Below, one piece after another: positions 33,081 through 47,480 of a stretch of DNA of 64,000 nt. The notes below the pieces were generated by a model. That model had not been told where the DNA came from, did no database searches, and worked only from the letters and a program-made list of their open reading frames with translations. Within the stretch, counting starts at the first letter, position 1, and each line of letters opens with the position of its first letter. This stretch comes from Macrostomum lignano (taxonomy: Eukaryota): contig NIVC01001486.1 of the NCBI GenBank assembly GCA_002269645.1, positions 1 to 64,000 of the forward strand, in the 5' to 3' direction. The position numbers were made by a program, and so were the translations under genes.

Positions 33081-34681
33081 CAAATACCATGTCTCAGCTA
33101 GTACAATTGATCTTTTTTCAGCCAGTGGAATAATAATTTACTTATCCAGCGCAATAATCCTTTTCTCATCAATTGCAGTAATTCAAGTCTCAGCTAGTGC
33201 AATAATCGATGTCTCAGGTGTGCGCACAGGAGGGTGAGAAGGGGACTGAGATGGTGAGGGATTGCAACGGTGCGGGAGCAGGGGCAGTCTAAAAAATCAA
33301 ATAATCTTCGCCCAGTTCATCATCATCTTCTTCCTATTCTTGTGCTGCAGCTTGTCGCTGCCTTTGGCGGTCTGGGTTGCGCAGATTCTGTGGCAGCAAG
33401 CTCAAAAGTGGCTGTTGCTCCCCATGATCCTCCCGTGGGTCTGCCAAGTAGGCATCAGGATCTCAGGTGAGTCGTCCTCCATCGCGTCATTCTCTTCATC
33501 CTGCTGCTAATCCATAGGTACCTACAGCTGCACAAAAGCAGCTATGCACAATAGTACATATCTGCGAATACCATTGAGGCACTACCCGACCATTATTTAT
33601 CAACCATATTCAATGGGGCTGAGGAATCAGTGTAGGCACAGCAGGCAGCCGGAATTAATTCGAACTAACTGTAGGTAGAAAAACATTTCAAGCAAACAGC
33701 TCCTGTCTAGCGTTTTGCATTTCATTTTTGTAGGAATAAAAAGTCTTTTTAAAATCCAAGAGCGAACAGTCTAGGCATGCAGAGAAGTTGGAGTTAAACC
33801 TGTTTATGCCTAATCAAAGACTTACTATACTTTTCACTGTTATGCATATTCATCTATAGTATACAGGGACCTTGAAACGCATTTCATGTTAAATCACAAC
33901 AGTGACAATTACTATAACTGCTTACTGGACTGACTACATATTTCGAAAGAAACTACTCGTAGTAGTCAATTTTTGGTCACTGAACGCAGCCGTTCGATTA
34001 AATTGATCTATCTATCTATCTATCAGTCAGCCTTGAACTAGAGACAGATAAGACAAACTCCGCCACTGAATAGCTGCAAAAATGAGAAAAATGGCTTTTT
34101 ACGGTAGAACGCAATCTACACCCAGTGTATATCTTATTGAACTCTAATTGCACCCTACCTGGCCTACTGAGTTAGTAGAAAGTTAAGCGCCAAAACAGCG
34201 CCAACACAACGTTAAGCGCCAGCACGTTCTTGGACGACTTTTTCTCGACTCTTACGATCTAAGAGTAACTCTAAGAACAACTCGTGACTCGTTGTTGATG
34301 CAACAGTCGCTTCTCCGTCACATTAGACGTAACTGAGTCGTTACAAAGTAAAATGAGTTGCCCCAGCGGCGCTAGAGTCACTATAGACGAAGACACTATG
34401 ACTCCTCACTCCGCCCTAATAAGACTCACATAGAAGCAGAACAGGCGATTCCAACCAACCTTGTCAGGCACAATGGTAGATTATTAGATCTATCTATTTC
34501 CGAAGGAGTTAGCGAACTGTGTGGGGGTTCAGGCATGCGAAACGCGACAGAGTTTCGTAGGAAGCTTTGCTAGCTCATGACCTTCTTTAATCCATGTGGC
34601 GCCGTTTGGTGGGGGGCTCATTAAAAAGTAATTCTGACTCACACTATAGGCGACATGTTGCCGTCGGTCGTTTTTAAGATA

Positions 34682-35522
<841 letters not shown>

Positions 35523-35796
35523 CTATTAACACATCAGAGATCAGAGTATTAATATATAGATTAATATAATATATCCGAGTAAGTATCAGAGATTTGCCTG
35601 AAATCTTCTTGTCTTGCTACTCACTAGTGGTCGATCTCTTTTTCCTACTAGGGCAAAACCTCAGACAATCAGGCACAGAATTGGTGGGTGATTCCTCATT
35701 GGCTTCTTGCAGCAAATATATTGCTTGAATTTCCTACCTGAATCAGAATAAGCGTCTCAGAAACTGCCGTTCGGCCACTCTCTGGGATTTTCCCCA

Positions 35797-36673
35797 ATGC
35801 TGAAAATTTGCGCTCTGCTGCTCTGCTGGGCAGCCGGTCCCGGACGCTGCGCCGCTGCTGCGGTGCCGCATCAACCGTTGGAGTTTCGCCACATCGGCTG
35901 CTACGTAGATGGCGCTGTTGGCAACCGAGATCTTGTAGGACTGCAGGGGGTCAAAAAGTTCGGACAGTTTGAGACTCACGCTGGTGCCCCAGCATTCGGT
36001 CACGATGACGCCAAGATGACACTGCAACTGTGCAGCCAGATGTGCTCTTACGGCCGATTTCGCTACTTTGGAGTTCAGCTCAACAGCTTCTGCTGCTGTG
36101 GCTCAACCTATGGATCGCACGGCATCGCACCGGCTAGCGACTGCAGCTCAGCTTGCAGCGGAAACTCGGCTCAGATTTGCGGTGGAGCTTCAAGAAATTC
36201 TATCTATGAACTGACTTACTCACCAAGTAAGCGTTCCGGATTAACGCAGCTCGTACATGCATGAACACGGGTTATGTTAATTTAGCGATGGACGACTTAA
36301 AAGCACTCTGTTTTCCTTAAATGCAGTTCGCATTGGAAGATTTAAGCATCAATATTTGAATTAATCTGACCAGTAAAAATATAAAAAGTAATATCGGCAT
36401 TCCATATTTCCAACCAACTCTTCCGCAGTCGATCCGGTGATGCCGAAACTGCCCCTGACGTCTCTGCCGAACATCACAGCCTCCGCGAGCTCCATCACTC
36501 ACCGCAGCATCGCAGCCAGCAGCGCAGTTGAATGCGCCACCATCTGCTACGGCAGCTCGGACTGTCAGGGCTGCGCCTTCGTGCCTTCGAGCCCCATGTG
36601 CCGCCTGCTGAAATTCGCCGCTGTGCCCACTGAGGTGGCCAGCGAGGCTGAGTGGGTCTGGATGAAGCTTTGA
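35797..36673 (+). CDS. Secreted WSC + PAN/Apple protein D2 (exons 35797-36226 and 36429-36673; 224 aa)
   Basis: Signal peptide, full WSC, and a phase-1 GT/AG intron in frame. Close paralog of D1. Confidence 0.9.
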
Positions 36674-36822
36674 GGCTGAGTGGGTCTGGATGAAGCTGTG
36701 AGGCTGAGTGGATCTGGATGAAGCTGTGAGGCTGAGTGGGTCTGGATGAAGCTGTGAGGCTGAGTGGGTCTGGATGAAGCTGTGAGGCTGAGTAGGTCTG
36801 GATGAAGCTTTGAGGCTGAGCT
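36645..36822 (+). repeat. 28-bp minisatellite, about 6 copies (D2 3' end)
   Basis: Directly visible. Confidence 0.93.
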
Positions 36823-37777
36823 GGGTGAAGGCGCAAGAGACTGAAGTGCTGATTACGGAGGCAAATTACAATAAGCGTTATTAAAATCGATACATTGAAC
36901 CCCCCCCCCAAGAACATTGCTGCTGACCCTGAAATCGAGTTCCCCTTCTCTGTCCTAAATGAAGTTTCATGTTAACCCTGCAATGTTTTTTGAGTTGTGA
37001 GAAAAAATCTAATATCTGAGTAGCTATAGAAAAACAAAAAAATACAAATCTTTTTTAAAGCTTTCTGGCTATCGATAACAATTTAGGGTGATTCACTCTT
37101 AATTCTTATATTTTGCAGATATTCATGTATTTATAGCAAATACGCATGCACAATTGGATACATAAATATTACCTATCTCTGGATGTAGAAGAATGTGGGA
37201 TGCATAAGCTGTGAGTTCCCTTTAAAAAACAGAAAAGTTGAAGGAAGCTTTCTATTCATGTGCTGTCTATCTGTCCATCCCAAGTTTGGTTGTGCGATTC
37301 TGACTCTGTCATGAGAAAGCAAACCCAATGCATTGTCTGCAGGAGCTTTTCCGGTTGGTAGCTGATGCAGCGTTCAGCACCTGTGAATGCGTCTTTTAGT
37401 CAGACTCGTGAAGAGAAAGTTAGCTGCGGATGTTCGAGAAACAAAGAAGAAATACATCCGCAGATGCAAGCCGTTGTTTGCTTTTAAAATCGATGAAGAA
37501 GCGATGTTAAAAGAAGAATAGCTAAAAAACTTCTCTTTTTTAGAGTTAAAAATAGAGGAAAACCTTGGAGCTGCTTTGGCAATGGATGCTTTACTTCCAT
37601 GGACAGCTGAACTCCATGAAAGCTACACTTGATTTTCTTAGAAATCTTGGCCGGTGAAGAATGCGTGTGTTCTTGGTAGCACAGAAAATCCACAGAATGC
37701 TCAATCGCCTGATTAATAAAGGGATCTGATGCAGAACTAAAGTGCTAAGTAGCCAGCAGCCAGTTAAGCAGATAAAG

Positions 37778-37936
37778 GGCCGTATGCAGAAAGCCTAGTC
37801 CAGACTAGCTTACTCCGGACTTGGGTAGTTCAGTCTATAGTCTATGGTCTAGCTACCCTAGTTCTGTCTATAGTAGACCGGTCTAACTTTGTGTTTCTGC
37901 ATACCAAATCCAAGACTAAGCTTTCTGAATACGGCC
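37778..37936. mobile_element. MITE of about 160 bp with 23-bp TIRs
   Basis: GGCCGTATGCAGAAAGCCTAGTC ... GACTAAGCTTTCTGAATACGGCC (2 mismatches). No clear TSD. Confidence 0.7.
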
Positions 37937-40089
37937 TTTCTGCATCTAAAGTATACTTGTTTTATTAGATTAAAATAGCATCGAGCAATTTCTTGGCCAA
38001 GTTGCATGTACCGTCACGGAAAAATTTCTGATCGAACAGTGCAAGTTCGAACAAAATCGGTTGAGCCGTTTTTGCTAAAATCGATCGCATACCTAGATAC
38101 CGACAGAATAGTTTTATAATAGTATATGGAAGATTTAGTATATTTAGATATAATAAACGATTGTTGCTTGTTTTTTATTAGAAAATCAAGTCAAGAAATA
38201 TTGGAAACATTCTGAACACATCCTCTCTTGATGGTTTGTTAAGACGGAATACATCGGACTAACACTGGAAATAACCTTTTCGACCGCTATCTAGTAGAAT
38301 TTGGTTTAGCTCAATTTTAGCTTAATCGTAAGTTTCTTTTTGGGACATATATACTACTATTCCCTACCTTCTGCACACAAAGAGTAGTTTAAGCGCAAAT
38401 GCGATCCGATTGTTTATTACCAGTGTATCTCTCAAGCCAAACACGCAATTGAGCTATACAAAACAAAAACATCTGTGCATATCAAAATATCCTTGAAATT
38501 TTCGTCTCTCGTAAGCATATGTGCGTATTGACTCAGAATTCAAAATTACCAGGGGTGATAGAAGTTTGACGCTGGCTAGGGGGTGGGTGCCAAAAAGTAC
38601 CTCTTTATTAAGCCGGTTTACATTGTAGTGACCTTCGCGAACTTTCCCGATTATTGTACTATTAAAAATTCTACGCCTTTCCTGAAATTTCTATTAAGTT
38701 CACAATATTATTTCTACACCGTTTAGGCATATTAAATTATTAATTTACATGAATTCTTGTACTGTAACACTTAGTCACTATTTGAGCAATACGTACATAC
38801 AACTTAGTTTTGTTATAACGATGCACGTTTTTCCAGAACTTTCCGGAAACCCCAATTTCATCTATAAATACACGAAACCAGAAATACAATTATTTTAAGC
38901 CTTTTCAATCACTCGATTGACTCAAACAAACAGAGCATTCGACTGCCAAACCTTTACAACATTACCTAAGGGTTACTCAGTATTTAGTAGTCCCTCTGTG
39001 ACATTACTGCTAGTGACTAGGCGGTCAAACATTGCTCAAATCAGATGTAAAATGGTGTTACGATACTGCACACGATGAGATCATTCACAATACTAACAAT
39101 TAAGTATTGTTTCACATGAAAGATGTACAAAGCGACAAAGAATGATTTAGAAACCATGTGTAATCACGCAACTAGAATTGTCATACGAACGAATCAGCAG
39201 TGAGGACAAAATTTTATATTACACAGACATTTAGCCGTTGTATAACGTCGTTATCCCTCGATGCAATGTAAAAGCGCATATTTTTCAGCGACATTTATAG
39301 GCGTCGTGGGGTGCAAACTGAAGGTAACGGGCTCGGGTGGTTGTTTATTATGACAAATGAGTCCACCTTCAACTGAAAAATATTGCAGTTGTTCTGTAAA
39401 GGTAATTGTAACGACAATTATTGAAGGATATATTACTTTAAATTATTTAGGATAATGGTGGATCGCAGCTAGCGCCCTGCAGATAAGACCTGTCTAGAGA
39501 CTCTCAGGAGAACGCAAGGGCGCGCATGCCGCATGATCATTAGCGCCCCCCCCGTCTGCTCCTTATGATGGTCTCAACGCCTTCCTCAACATTCCTCTGC
39601 TGGAAACGATCTTTGTCCACAGGAAAGCTTCCAAGATTTCCCGCCGTCTAATTGACACCGGCATTCGTTTCTGCCCCATAGGGCCATATAATTGGACCTA
39701 CGGACAACGAATAGGTTCAGCACTTTGTCTGTCAAATGCCGTTTTCATTATCAGGGACCGGCTACGCTACCTCAGGCTGAACTCTCCATTATCGAGGTCC
39801 GCCAGCCCGACAGCATTCCACGACTCATCCAGTTTTTCCGGGAGAGCTGAGCCACTTTCTTCACGGAAGATCACACTACAGGACGGACTGGTGGACCGTC
39901 TTCATCTTCATCTTCAGATGAGCCGCACAAAAGCTTCGGCTGAGTTGTCGTTTGCACGTCTGGCCCAATTGAGACAGGAGTAATCACTTGTTTTCATGCA
40001 TAGTTTTTAGATGAACATTGTGCGTCTTAAGATTGTATGTCGAATTCTGGAAGAGTAGCTCGCTTAATAAATAGGAATAAAATGAATAA

Positions 40090-40745
40090 AAGAACAAACA
40101 TTTTCTTGTTTTTATTAACTTTAATTTAATTGCCAATGCATTTCGATCCCTGTAGGTCATCGTCAGGGCAGTAATGAAATTGAAAATTTTAATAAACAGT
40201 TAAATAAATATACCTGTAATAAGTTGAATACACAATTTAAGTTAATGTACGTAGTTTTCAATTGAAAAAAAGTTCTAACACACGGTGCAGTAGCGTACAC
40301 TCCAAGCTAAAACACGCTGAGTTGGCGGCTGGCACCCCCCATAGCTAGCTGGCAGTTTAGGCTCGGGTTCTGATCTTTAGCCTCTAAAATGTTCAAGTGG
40401 TGCTTAGCTTCTAAGTCTAAGTTGTTTAGCCTCTAAGTGGTGCTGATGGCGGCAGGAATCGATAATCTTAAATAAATCAATCGGTTTGCTGTTACAGCAT
40501 TAGTCGCATGTGAGAAGGTGCTCCTGAATAGCAGATCTTTCGGTCCATGCAGTGCTCCTTGACCCTGGTGTACAAGTGTCGCTTAGTTTTCCGATGTACG
40601 AAATACTCTGGTCCCCAGAGCAATGAAATTTATAAACGACACCTGCAATGAGAGGCCGAGGCACACGAGACTTCAAGTTGCAGACATACTGGGACACCTT
40701 CTCCGTGCGGAACGTTATCCTAAGCTGCACGTTAAGGCTTTTTTG
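40090..40745 (-). mobile_element. Penelope-like retroelement 3' fragment (GIY-YIG endonuclease remnant plus terminal region)
   Basis: KSRVP...GVVYKFHC...SYIG....SAIQEH, then FKIID and NPSLNCQ. Downstream on the minus strand: CTGACGATGACC...CGAAA and AATAAA. Confidence 0.82.
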
Positions 40746-42155
40746 AACAGTTTTTCCACTTTTTTCTTGAACTCAAGTAGTCTTACTTGAAAAAACGTTG
40801 AAAATAATGACAATACCATTTTAACATGAAAAATCGATTAATGCTTCGCCTGAGCAGCATGAGGCACAAAATAGTGTGATTAGGACTTTCTCTGACACTG
40901 TTAGAGACCCAATCACTGTTTTAGTGTTGAAAATCGTGAAATTTCTACAAGCAATAAGAAAGACACAACATATCAAAATATAAACACTGGATCTGCCTCC
41001 TATCAAAAGCAATAACAATTTTATGCTGAAAAATTAAAACCTTCTATCTCTGCAGTGTATTTTTCGGCGAAAAGTGGCCTTCAAAACATTTACCATAGAT
41101 TTCGAGTGTTGCGTCCTTCTACTTAAGTTGTCCTTGTAGGTAAATTACGTGAGAGACTTCCATGCTGTGATTTAAATTGCTGCAGTTCTACTTTCAGTAG
41201 CTGATCGCTCACGCGACGAACAGATGATGCAGCCAGCTTCGTGAGGTTAGTTGAAACCAAAACTTTAAAACTGTGTGCACTGCTAACGAATGCAAGCGCT
41301 TGTCAGTCAATTGTAAGTGAGCCTACTCGTACCTGCTTGCTTCAGCCTCTCTTACAGAAACAAAAATTTCGCTTTTGTCTTCTATTATTAGACTAGCTCC
41401 TTGTATTTCGACAACGAATGCTAAAAGAACACTTTTGCAGTTGAAATAGTGAAGTCAGGCTGTTAAATAATTAACGATACTCAGATGGAGACGCAACTAT
41501 TCAGCGATTTCGACAATTCTTTCCATGAACAATTGTTTTTCTCTGCAGGGACTAGGAGAGAGCTTCTGAAGGGTTGAACCGCGGCTCGAAGATGAAGTCA
41601 TGCGTGACACGAGACAATTTTTGATAGGAAGTTTTGTCAGCTTTTGGCCAGCTTTCGGCCAGCCCCCAAGGCACAGCGATTAAACATGCATTTATGTGCT
41701 CAAGAGTCAGACAGAGTTGTCGTCAGTAAATGTCGCCGAAGTGCGATATCGCCAAAGGCGTTGTTCCAGTGTGCCCACAGGCCTCCTGCAAATATTACCT
41801 TTTCTATCTTAGAAAAGATGTTAAATAGGGCCCAAGGGCTGTCTCTCTGTCTGTCTATCTGCCTGCTAGCTCTATCCATACCTAGCACTGCAGTTTTTCG
41901 TTACACAACGCCTATATTAGTGAAATTGATTGAATTAAAACTCAGGAATGATAACCAAATCAACTCTCCATTTTTAACCAACTTCTTTAACTAATCATTG
42001 AATCTACGAATAACTCTAAAAGCTCGTCTAACAAAATGCTTCATCGTTTGATATTGCAAACTTTCGATTTATTTTATTCATAAAAGAATTTTTTCAATCC
42101 AACTCAAGCGATATAGAGTACTCTGCAAGACAGTTTGCATTACCACCATCAAACG

Positions 42156-43114
42156 TTAGTGCTTCATCCAGACCCACTCAGCCTCGCTGGCCACCTCAGC
42201 GGGAACAGCGGTGAATCTCAGCAGGCGGCACATGCGGCTCGAAGGCACGAAGGCGCAGCCCTGACAGTCCGGGCTTCGCTGGCAGGCGGCAGCGCACTCG
42301 ATGGCGCTTTCGGCAGAGGTTTTGCTGTGGGTGATGGAGCTCAGTGAAGCTGAGATGCTCGGCATGGCAGAAGCTGGCAGCTTGGTCATTGTTTGGCCAG
42401 CTAAAAAGTCGGATTAGAACAGAATTTAGGATAAAAAAACTAAAACAGGAAGTCAGTCCCAATCGAAAGTGTATTTTTATGGACATCTCTTTATGATTTA
42501 TTCAATTTGAATTGCTATCCATTCCATCTATTGCTATGCAAGTGCACAGACTATATTTTCAGCACAAGCCAAGTCATCACTGCTATTCTGCTTCTTGTGT
42601 CAGTTTTTGACCTTAAATGACATTATGACGTCCTTCCAGTGCTCTCCATGACAAGTAAAACAATATTTGCATCAGAAAATTTCCTCTCACTGTGATTATA
42701 AACATTTTCGTAGACGGAGTTCCTCATGTCTCCACCACAAATTTGAGATGAGTTTCCCTTGCATTGATACGAGCAGTCACTAGCCGGGGCTGGACCGAAC
42801 GAGCCGTAGCTGTTGCCACAGCAGCAGTATTCACCGAACCTCGCACCGAAGTACCGAAATCTCCCATAAGCGCAGATCTGGCTGCACAGCTGCAGTGTCA
42901 TCGAAGCGCCTTGCGCCATTGATAGCCATCCTGACACGGTTGAATACGGACCGAATGTAGCGACCCCAACGAGACCCGTCATGTCGGGGTCCGTAGTGTC
43001 CACGTAGCAACCGATGTAGCGGAATGCCGTCGGATGAGGCGGCACCGAAGTCAAGCAGCTTCCGAACGCCGCCCAAATCAGCAAGTAGCCGACAGAAAAG
43101 CTTTTTGAAAACAT
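42156..43114 (-). CDS. Secreted WSC + PAN/Apple protein A3 (exons 43114-42691 and 42400-42156; 222 aa), inverted
   Basis: Near-identical to A2 outside the variable patches, with a phase-1 intron in frame. It ends WMKH* and has no minisatellite. Confidence 0.9.
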
Positions 43115-44087
43115 TTCTGTCTGGATTATTCAGAGTGAAAGCGTGAATGTTTGTGGGGGGGGGGGAGAATCGGAGACTGAGCCCGGGAAAGGGTCTATTG
43201 TGCAGCTTTTATAGGCTTTGCAAAGGCAGAATTGCAGTCAAAAATTGTTTTTTGCTATTGGCCAATTCCCACCGAGTGTAACTAAAACTGCGCGTAGCTT
43301 GTTAGTTGCGTTTTTTCTTGTTGCCATGCCGTTGCTAAGAAAGCTGTGAGCCAGTCAGAAATGAGTCTTCTAACGCTTTTGTCTCTCTGCACCCAACCAG
43401 CCTGTGTTGCGCTGTCATGTTGAATAATTTTCTTGTATAAAATGAGAGACCATCAGCGGCTTCACGACCAATTTAAATTGATCTTCACAAAGCATATTCA
43501 GTTATTCGTTAGTAATCTAATTTTATTAAACTCTATTAGAACGGAATGCCAACAAAGGCCTGGGTTCCTCCGAATACCAGAAAAGCGTTGTGTTTTATTT
43601 TTTTTAATTTACTCTTGAGTAAATTGCTCTGAGTTTTGCTGTCAAAAAAAACTTTGAAGAGAGCCTGCATCAGCTAATTCAGTAATCAGCCGTGTTTACT
43701 GACAGTAGAGAATGCGAGCATTTAGTTATAATTTTCTAGCCGCCAAGAAAGAGATTCACCCCAACAGTGTACTTTGCTGGGAATCTTTGGTGGGAATCCT
43801 GTCGTGACCTTGAAAAGTTATATTCTATCACGAAAGATACAATCTATCTAAAAATAGTTTGTACAGGCAAGCACCTGGGAACACTTCAGAACAAGAGCTA
43901 TGGTGGGTGAGTTTGGGTGGGCTCTACGGCAACTCCACGGCAAATCCACGGCAAATCCATCGGTTTTTCAGTCTTATACTCGTAAATGTAAAATAGCGTA
44001 GACTGTATGAAAAGAAAATAATCAGCAAATAAAATTCTGCTCAAAAATTCAAATCAGCTTTGAGATTTCTGATTAAGAAACTATGCA

Positions 44088-45085
44088 TAGGGAATTCATG
44101 AGAAACTGGAGTGCTGGGGAATTCACGAGAAACTGGAGTGCTTGGAAATTCATGAGAAACTGGAGTGCTTGGAAATTCATGAGAAACTGGAGTGCTTGGA
44201 AATTCATGAGAAACTGACGTGTTGGAGAATTCATGAGAAGCTGGAGTGCTGGGTGAATTCATGAGAAACTGGAGTGCTGCGTAAATTCATGAGAAACTGG
44301 AGTGCTGGGTGAATTCATGAGAAGCTGGAGTGCTGGGTGAATTAATGAGAAACTGGAGTGCTGGGGAATTCATGAGAAACTGGAGTGCTGGGTGAATTCA
44401 TGAGAAACTGGAGTGCTGGGTGAATTCATGAGAAATTGGAGTGCTGGGGAATTCATGAGAAACTGGAGTGCTGGGTGAATTCATGAGAAACTGGAGTGCT
44501 GCGTAAATTCATGAGAAACTGGAGTGCTGGGTGAATTCATGAGAAGCTGGAGTGCTGGGTGAATTAATGAGAAACTGGAGTGCTGGGGAATTCATGAGAA
44601 ACTGGAGTGCTGGGTGAATTCATGAGAAACTGGAGTGCTGGGTGAATTCATGAGAAATTGGAGTGCTGGGGAATTCATGAGAAACTGGAGTGCTGGGTGA
44701 ATTCATGAGAAACTGGAGTGCTGGGTGAATTCATGAGAAACTGGAGTGCTGGGAGTTCATGAGAAACTGACGTGTTGGGGAATTCATGAGAAACTGGAGT
44801 GCTGGGTGAATTTATGAGAAGCTGGAGTGCTGGGTGAATTTATGAGAAGCTGGAGTGCTGCGTGAATTCATGAGAAACTGGAGTGCTGGGTGAATTTATG
44901 AGAAACTGGAGTGCTGGGTGAATTTATGAGAAGCTGGAGTGCTGCGTGAATTCATGAGAAACTGGAGTGCTGGGGAATTCATGAGAAACTGGAGTGCTGG
45001 GTGAATTCATGAGAAACTGGAGTGCTGGGGAGTTCATGAGAAACTGGAGTGCTTGGGACTTCATGAGAAACTGGAGTGCTGGGGG
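44088..45085 (+). repeat. 27/28-bp minisatellite GAATTCATGAGAAACTGGAGTGCTGGG(T), about 36 copies
   Basis: Directly visible. Confidence 0.95.
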
Positions 45086-45298
45086 AAAATTTCACGAACT
45101 TGCTTTAGAATACTTAAACTCAGAGTAGTGTCTATAAAGCAATTAATTTTCTCTTCGTTGCTTTCAACACTTCAAGGAACTTGCAATCAGTCTATGGCCC
45201 AGGCTTCGGCTCTGTAGCTTCAACGAAAGCCGTGCAGTGAAAAATTCTCATTCAACCTGCGTTAAGCCAGGGCTCCGAAATTTTCGATAGCCAAGAGA

Positions 45299-46749
45299 AT
45301 GCCGAACCAGCGAGACATCGTTGTTGACTTCTTCAAGGCTGGCAAGTCTGCAGCAGAATGCATGCGGCACCTGCAGGACATCCACCAGCATGAAGCCATG
45401 TCGCGGAGTCAAGTTTACCATATTTTCGGCCAACTGCGATCTGGTCACGATGGCTCTGATGGTCGCGGCAAGAATCGGGACCCAACCGTACGGACTTCCG
45501 CGAACATCCAGACTGTGGCCGCGCTGATCCAGCAGGATACGAGTACTTACTTACTTACTACCGACGGGGGGCAGAGCGCCGCGAACAGGCCGCGAGGCCC
45601 CTATCGCAACCTTAAGCTAAACAGAAACAGAAAGGCGTTAGCCTTGGGGCTGCGCCCACCCCTCGCCGGCAGAAGAGCTCGCGAGAGTGGCGTCTGCGAT
45701 TTTCATCCGCCCAGAATCCCGAACGAATGCACGTAGATCACGGATACGGTCCGGAGTGGTGAGCTCGTCAAGCCTTAGCGGGTGACCGAGGTGACGCCTC
45801 CGCGCCTCGTTGAAGTGCGGGCAGAAAGTGACGTGGTGCGTCGAGGTTTCCTCCTCTAAATCACAGAATGGGCAGATAGGGGAGCAGCCACTTTGCAGTG
45901 AAATATGTCTCTGGAAGAAGCCATGGCCAGTAATGACCAGATCCAGCAGGATAGGCGCCTTACCGTCAGGGAGCTGGCAGATGAATCAGGGATCCCTAAG
46001 ACCACTGTCCATGACATTCTAGTGCGAGATCTCCATCTCAAGCATGTGTCTGCCAGGTGGGTCCCTCATCTGCTCACTGCTGAGAACCGTGCGGAGCGGG
46101 TCCGCTGTGCCCAGGAGTTCCTCCGGATGATGAGGCAAGAGCCTGGCTTCCTCCGGCGAATCATCACGGCTGATGAAACTTGGCTGCACTACGTGACACC
46201 AGAGACCGAGAACCAGTCCAGGCAGAGGGCCGAACGGGATGCCAAGGCACTAACAAAGTCCCATGTGTCTCTGAGCACCAGAAAAACAATGGCTGTTGTG
46301 TTTTTCGACTCACACGGCATGGTGTACACCCATTTCGTCCCACAAGCCGAGACTGTCAACAGTGTCTACTACTGCTCCGTGCTGGACACCTTGATTGAGC
46401 AAATTCGACAAAAGAGGCCCAACATGGTGCAGGCTGGGTGGTTCCTCCATCATGACAATGCGCCCCTCACGCGTCGGGCCACACCAGGGAATTCCTGGCC
46501 AGGAGAGGCATCCGGGTGGTTCCGCACCCGCCAAATTCGCCTGATTTGGCACCTGCAGACTTCTGGTTGTTCCCGCATATCAGAAGCAACTTTGCTGGAC
46601 GCAGGTTTGACACCTTTCAGGAGGTGAAGAATGCATGGGAGGGGGTCACCGCCTCCATGGCCGCAAACCTGTACGCTGAGGCCTTCAACAAGTGGCATTT
46701 GAGATGGCAACGCTGCACTGAGAAGGATGGCGACTATGTTGAAAAGTGA
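45299..46749 (+). pseudogene. Mariner (DD34D) transposase, interrupted by a LINE fragment and one frameshift
   Basis: HTH N-terminus, WVPHLL, ITADETW (D1), HHDNAP (D2), NSPDLAPADF (D3). Restoring one base in the C-run at about 46463 gives 34 residues between D2 and D3. TIRs were not identified. Confidence 0.92.
45540..45939 (-). mobile_element. 5'-truncated I/R1-group LINE 3' end with (TAAG)n tail and a 14-bp TSD
   Basis: Minus strand reads [10 protein letters not shown]...[29 protein letters not shown] (ORF2 CCHC knuckle). TSD GATCCAGCAGGATA at 45526-45539 and 45940-45953. Confidence 0.9.
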
Positions 46750-47259
46750 TTCCTTAGTTACAGCAGCTGTCCATTCTTACTCTTGTCTTTCATTTTCTTC
46801 TGATACGCTCAGTTGGCTAAAAAAAACTTTTTTCTGAATTCTTTGATGCCTCACACACAGCTTGCTCTGGCACACGTCTTCCTGCAATCTTTGGCTTACT
46901 TGACAGAAAGACTTCCAAACTCTCGGGTATTAAATGCACTATTCAAAGCAGTGCATTTTATAGTCAACGAGAACTCGTTTAGAGGGGTAGGCTTTTCCAT
47001 TTCCAGATAGGCTTGGCAAAGGCTTGGGCCAATTGAGCATCCACTTCATTGGCACGTGGAGGAGGCGGGGGTCGCTGCGGTTACAACGGCGGGCATCCAC
47101 AATTGGCTGCTTCTGCAGAAAAAGTACTGCAGATTTCACTGCGGGGAAAGGAGACAGGCAAGACAGTGCTGGTACGTAACAAACTTGCATACAGAGGCCT
47201 AAATAGCTCACGCGCAGCCCCAACCCAGCCAAGCAGCCACCCTGCTAGCAGTTCAATCG

Positions 47260-47480
47260 CCCTCTCGAGACATCGTGTGCAGCGATGTTGCTTTCGGGTC
47301 GCCACACACACCCTCAATTACCCCAGCTATTGCTTGCACCCATTTAGCTGGCTACAGCTGGGTGAGAACGGAAGGAATGCTGAGTCTCGCTCAAGGACAC
47401 AAATTGTTCCGAGGGATCGGAAATCGATCCCCCAACCTTCAAGTCGTGACTCTGATGCTCTAATCACTAGACTACAACCC
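47260..47480 (-). mobile_element. tRNA-derived SINE family 1, older copy
   Basis: Similar to the 18.3-kb and 31-kb copies. A further degenerate plus-strand piece lies at about 59790-59900. Confidence 0.8.

Noticed and set aside
39500-39960. Possible RTE-type LINE remnant (YGAET-like motif, minus strand)
   Set aside because: There is a single short motif amid stops, which cannot be supported without a search.
45905-45953. Start of the 240-aa ORF as a real transposase N-terminus
   Set aside because: It is chimeric: the first codons come from the antisense LINE insert, and the true N-terminus is at 45299.
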